DNA from: Anaerovoracaceae bacterium
GTDB taxonomy: Bacteria; Bacillota; Clostridia; Peptostreptococcales; Anaerovoracaceae
Assembly (NCBI GenBank): GCA_050953405.1
Contig: JBMNMP010000003.1
Location: forward strand, 183,159 to 247,158
Length of the DNA: 64,000 nucleotides
Direction: 5' to 3'
Of this stretch, positions 56,613-64,000 are shown piece by piece. The translations under genes and the position numbers were made by a program. The notes beneath the pieces were generated by a model. The model saw only the letters and a program-made list of their open reading frames with translations, ran no database searches and had not been told where the DNA came from. The stretch's first letter is position 1, and the number at the start of each line of letters is the position of its first letter.

Positions 56613-58055
56613 ATGAATAAGAGCGGAAAGAAATGGAAATCGGCTGCGGCCCTGCTGCTGGCACTGGCGCTGATAATGACCATGCCGGGGGTCGCCGCTG
56701 CAGAAGAAGCGGATGACGGTGGAGGAATACCGCCTGCAGAGAGCACGCTGATAACGTCTTTCGCGGGGCTGGATGCGGGCACTTCACAGCAGGAATACAC
56801 GGTAGGCAAGCTGCAGTCCGAACTGCTGCTGCCGGCGACTGTCGATGTCGAAGCTGCAGGAGCGGACGGCACACAGCAGACGGCCTCTATAGATGTCAGC
56901 TGGACAGCGGCGGAAGGATCGCCGGCTTATGACAGCGGCAAGGCGGGAACCTACAGCTTCACGGTGGACAAGACAGCACTGCAGGAAAGCGGTTACACTG
57001 TTGCCGATGGAGTCCCGCTGCCTGTGATCAGGGTGACCCTGAAAAAGTCGCCGACCAGTATCGCGGGTATGCCGGCAGGCATGCAGGTCAGAGCCGGCAG
57101 GGCAGTCAGCTTTATAGTGAAAGTAAGCCCCGCCGGGGGCAGGAATCTGTATCTGCAGCAGTACAGCGGCGGCAGGTGGATCAGCCGCAGGAAGTATACG
57201 CTGCCGCAGAGCGAGGCTGCGGCCGGTATCGCAGTGACTCTGCCGGGCAGCTGGTATCGGCGGATCTATTCTACATGGCGCCTTTACGCACCGGCGACTT
57301 CCGCGGCGGAGGCAGCGGTCAGCTCTACCCTGAAGGTGCAGGCAATAAGGGTCTTCCAGAACCCGAAAGGCCGTTATCAGATAAAAGATTACATACCGAC
57401 CAGAAAAACTACATATAATCTGAAAGTCGGCATTAGCGGATACAAGGTCTATAAGGTGCAGAAAAGACTGCACTGTTATTATGGACGTTCAAAGTATACG
57501 GTAACAACGAGAGCTGTTGTCAGACGCTACCAGAGGAGACACCATTTGAGGGTGACCGGAAGGGTGAACCTGGCCACCTGGATGAAGATGGGATTTTCAA
57601 GGCATAGCTGGTACTATGCCGATTCATATGTATATCCGATACAGGTGACCGCTGCGAGCACGAAAAAGCAGTGCATCGAAGCCATGATCAAAGCAGCCTG
57701 CAAGTACCGGGGCACCAGGTATGTGTGGTGTGCGGCGGCAAGGCCGAAACAGGGCGTGGACTGTGCAGGGCTCGTGATACAGGCGCTGTATGCAGCGGGG
57801 ATCGATCCCCTGCCGCAGGGCAGCCACGTATATGCATATGCAAAGAACGAGTACACGACGACACGCATGTGGCGCAATAAGAAGTTCAAGCACGTCAGCT
57901 TCAGGAAGAAGAAGCGCGGCGATATCATCTGCTACTATGGCCATGTGTCCATATACCTCGGCCGCGGCAGGATGATCGAAGCTCTGCCGGGCAGGGTCAC
58001 CAGGATCACGCGTGTGCGCGGCGGCGCCCGGGGCTGTCTGAGGCCGTTCGTGTAA
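56613..58055 (+). CDS. Secreted NlpC/P60 (C40) cell-wall hydrolase with a PG-binding-like repeat
   Basis: Signal peptide (AALLLALALIMTMPGVAAA). PG_binding_1-like region (YKVYKVQKRL...RHHLRVTGRVNLATW). C40 catalytic region (GVDCAGLVIQALY...GHVSIYLG). Confidence 0.8.
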   Translation: MNKSGKKWKSAAALLLALALIMTMPGVAAAEEADDGGGIPPAESTLITSFAGLDAGTSQQEYTVGKLQSELLLPATVDVEAAGADGTQQTASIDVSWTAAEGSPAYDSGKAGTYSFTVDKTALQESGYTVADGVPLPVIRVTLKKSPTSIAGMPAGMQVRAGRAVSFIVKVSPAGGRNLYLQQYSGGRWISRRKYTLPQSEAAAGIAVTLPGSWYRRIYSTWRLYAPATSAAEAAVSSTLKVQAIRVFQNPKGRYQIKDYIPTRKTTYNLKVGISGYKVYKVQKRLHCYYGRSKYTVTTRAVVRRYQRRHHLRVTGRVNLATWMKMGFSRHSWYYADSYVYPIQVTAASTKKQCIEAMIKAACKYRGTRYVWCAAARPKQGVDCAGLVIQALYAAGIDPLPQGSHVYAYAKNEYTTTRMWRNKKFKHVSFRKKKRGDIICYYGHVSIYLGRGRMIEALPGRVTRITRVRGGARGCLRPFV

Positions 58056-58102
58056 GCCGGAGAAACACTGAAAATCTTTTTTAAAAAAGGTGAGAAAAGG
58101 TG

Positions 58103-58131
58103 TTGACAAGCGAGCGAGAAATTAGTATTAT
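58103..58131 (+). promoter_or_regulatory. rRNA operon promoter P1
   Basis: TTGACA (58103-58108), a 17-nt spacer, then TATTAT (58126-58131). An A-rich UP-like tract lies upstream. Confidence 0.7.
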
Positions 58132-58222
58132 ATACAAGCTGTCGCAAGAGAGCGGGGCCCGAAAAGGCCCTAAGGAGCAAGCGAAGGCGGCTAAAAAGTT
58201 TTGAAAAAAACGAAAAAAGCCA

Positions 58223-58251
58223 TTGACAAGAAGAGCTCAAAGCGATAGAAT
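58223..58251 (+). promoter_or_regulatory. rRNA operon promoter P2
   Basis: TTGACA (58223-58228), a 17-nt spacer, then TAGAAT (58246-58251). An A-rich tract lies upstream. Confidence 0.65.
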
Positions 58252-58530
58252 AACAGAGCACGCTAAAAAGAGCGAAGAGTTCGAAAACGGCGTGATGAAC
58301 CTTGAAAACAACATAGTGTAGAAATTTAGTCATAAAGATGCGAGAGCATCAAGAACTAAAAAGAAACGATCATGGACAATTGCAACGCAAGAGAAAATGA
58401 GAGTTTCCGACAATTTCTAAACGAACCAAACAATAATTCGGAACGAATTAGCAAAAGGCGCGAAAGCGTGAAAGAGTTCATAGAGATCGAACAAAAAGAC
58501 TGATCGCGAGAGATCGCAATTAGATAAATC

Positions 58531-60056
<1,526 letters not shown>

Positions 60057-60083
60057 CTCAAGTTTCTGCACTATGTGTTTTAT

Positions 60084-60160
<77 letters not shown>

Positions 60161-60449
60161 CATGTACCTTGAAAACTGAATATCCGAAAGTGTAAATTCA
60201 AATTTTACATAGTAAAAATTAATTTTACGAAACGAATCGAGGAATGCGCGAGAGCGCATCCAAAGTATTAGCTAAATGAAGCAAAACTAAGCGAACGCAG
60301 AGTTTTTCCCATTTGGCGGGTATAAAAAACGATTCATCGAGAAACCAGACCATTTTCACAAAAGAGAAAACAATAGTGAAGATAAGAAAATCCATCGTAC
60401 GCTAGCGATGGTGGCCAGTTATATCGCGGAAGCGGTAGACAAGCAATAA

Positions 60450-63350
<2,901 letters not shown>

Positions 63351-63417
63351 TGGTTTCTAAGGAAGACAGAAAGACACATGAGTAGGACATTCAGTTTTGA
63401 GGGTACATGACCCCATA

Positions 63418-63533
<116 letters not shown>

Positions 63534-63539
63534 TTAACA

Positions 63540-63570
63540 AACCAGCTTACTGAGGTAGGCTGGTTTTTTC
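63540..63570 (+). terminator. rRNA operon terminator
   Basis: AACCAGCTTAC, loop TGAG, GTAGGCTGGTT, followed by TTTTT. Confidence 0.8.
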
Positions 63571-63669
63571 TTGCTGTGCTCTTGACTAATCCATTAAAGA
63601 GATGTATTATATCATCTGTTAGCACTCATAGCATACGAGTGCCAAAACAAATATGGAGGTTATTTCAAA

Positions 63670-64000
63670 ATGGCAAAGAGACAATTTAAAGCTGAATCCA
63701 AGAGATTGCTGGATCTGATGATCAATTCGATCTATACACATAAAGAGATATTCCTGAGGGAGCTTATCTCCAATGGCAGCGATGCCATCGACAAGCTGTA
63801 CTACAAGAGCCTGACCGAAGGAAACACCGGCGTCAACAGGGACGATTTCACGATCCGCGTGGAACCGGACATGGGCAGTAGAGAGCTGCGGCTGCTGGAC
63901 AACGGCATCGGAATGAACAAGGACGAGATGGCCGAGAACCTGGGCACCATCGCCAAGAGCGGTTCCCTGGCATTCAAGAACGAGAACATGCCGGATGATA
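63670..64000 (+). CDS. htpG: Molecular chaperone HtpG (Hsp90), 5' part; continues beyond the window
   Basis: [43 protein letters not shown] is the canonical HtpG N-terminal ATPase motif. Confidence 0.9.
   Translation, partial: MAKRQFKAESKRLLDLMINSIYTHKEIFLRELISNGSDAIDKLYYKSLTEGNTGVNRDDFTIRVEPDMGSRELRLLDNGIGMNKDEMAENLGTIAKSGSLAFKNENMPDD

Noticed and set aside
58252-58530. ORFs in the rRNA leader and within the rRNA genes (for example 57935..58333, 58417..58857 and 60658..61041)
   Set aside because: They lie within the rRNA operon leader or within the mature rRNA sequences, so they are not coding.

Overview
This is a 64 kb chromosomal window from a GC-rich Firmicute. From the 16S sequence my guess is class Clostridia, possibly Peptostreptococcales / Family XIII-like, at low confidence. 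Most of the window is ordinary core genome:
- two tRNA clusters;
- PrsW, DUF364, HD and VanW genes;
- rubrerythrin, NifU, pepV and asnS;
- a cobalamin-riboswitch-controlled ECF transporter next to a RACo-like corrinoid activase;
- ApbE, NusG-II and Gx-transporter genes;
- a molybdenum-cofactor cluster interrupted by pflA-pflB;
- purR-spoVG, and murC-glmU'-prs-pth-mfd;
- mtaD, a MOP flippase, mazG, hup, THF-riboswitch-folT, and an NlpC/P60 hydrolase;
- a 16S-tRNAIle-23S-5S operon and the start of htpG.

The accessory part is nt ~1220-9350. A heavily decayed phage or integrative element sits beside tRNA-fMet. It carries a tyrosine integrase, an N-terminally truncated S24 repressor, a toxin-like fragment with a CPCC-type small protein, and a terminase N-terminal fragment. 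This element is fused directly, and in frame, to the 3' part of cas4. Behind cas4 lie intact cas1 and cas2, an AT-rich leader, and a 51-repeat / 50-spacer CRISPR array. The repeat ends in AATTTCTACTGTTGTAGAT, the Cas12a (type V-A) crRNA handle.

No cas12a is present where the canonical V-A layout (cas12a-cas4-cas1-cas2-array) puts it. The terminase::cas4 junction at ~4350-4385 looks like the scar of the deletion that removed it. All calls rest on by-eye motif recognition and hand folding. No database search or HMM was run.
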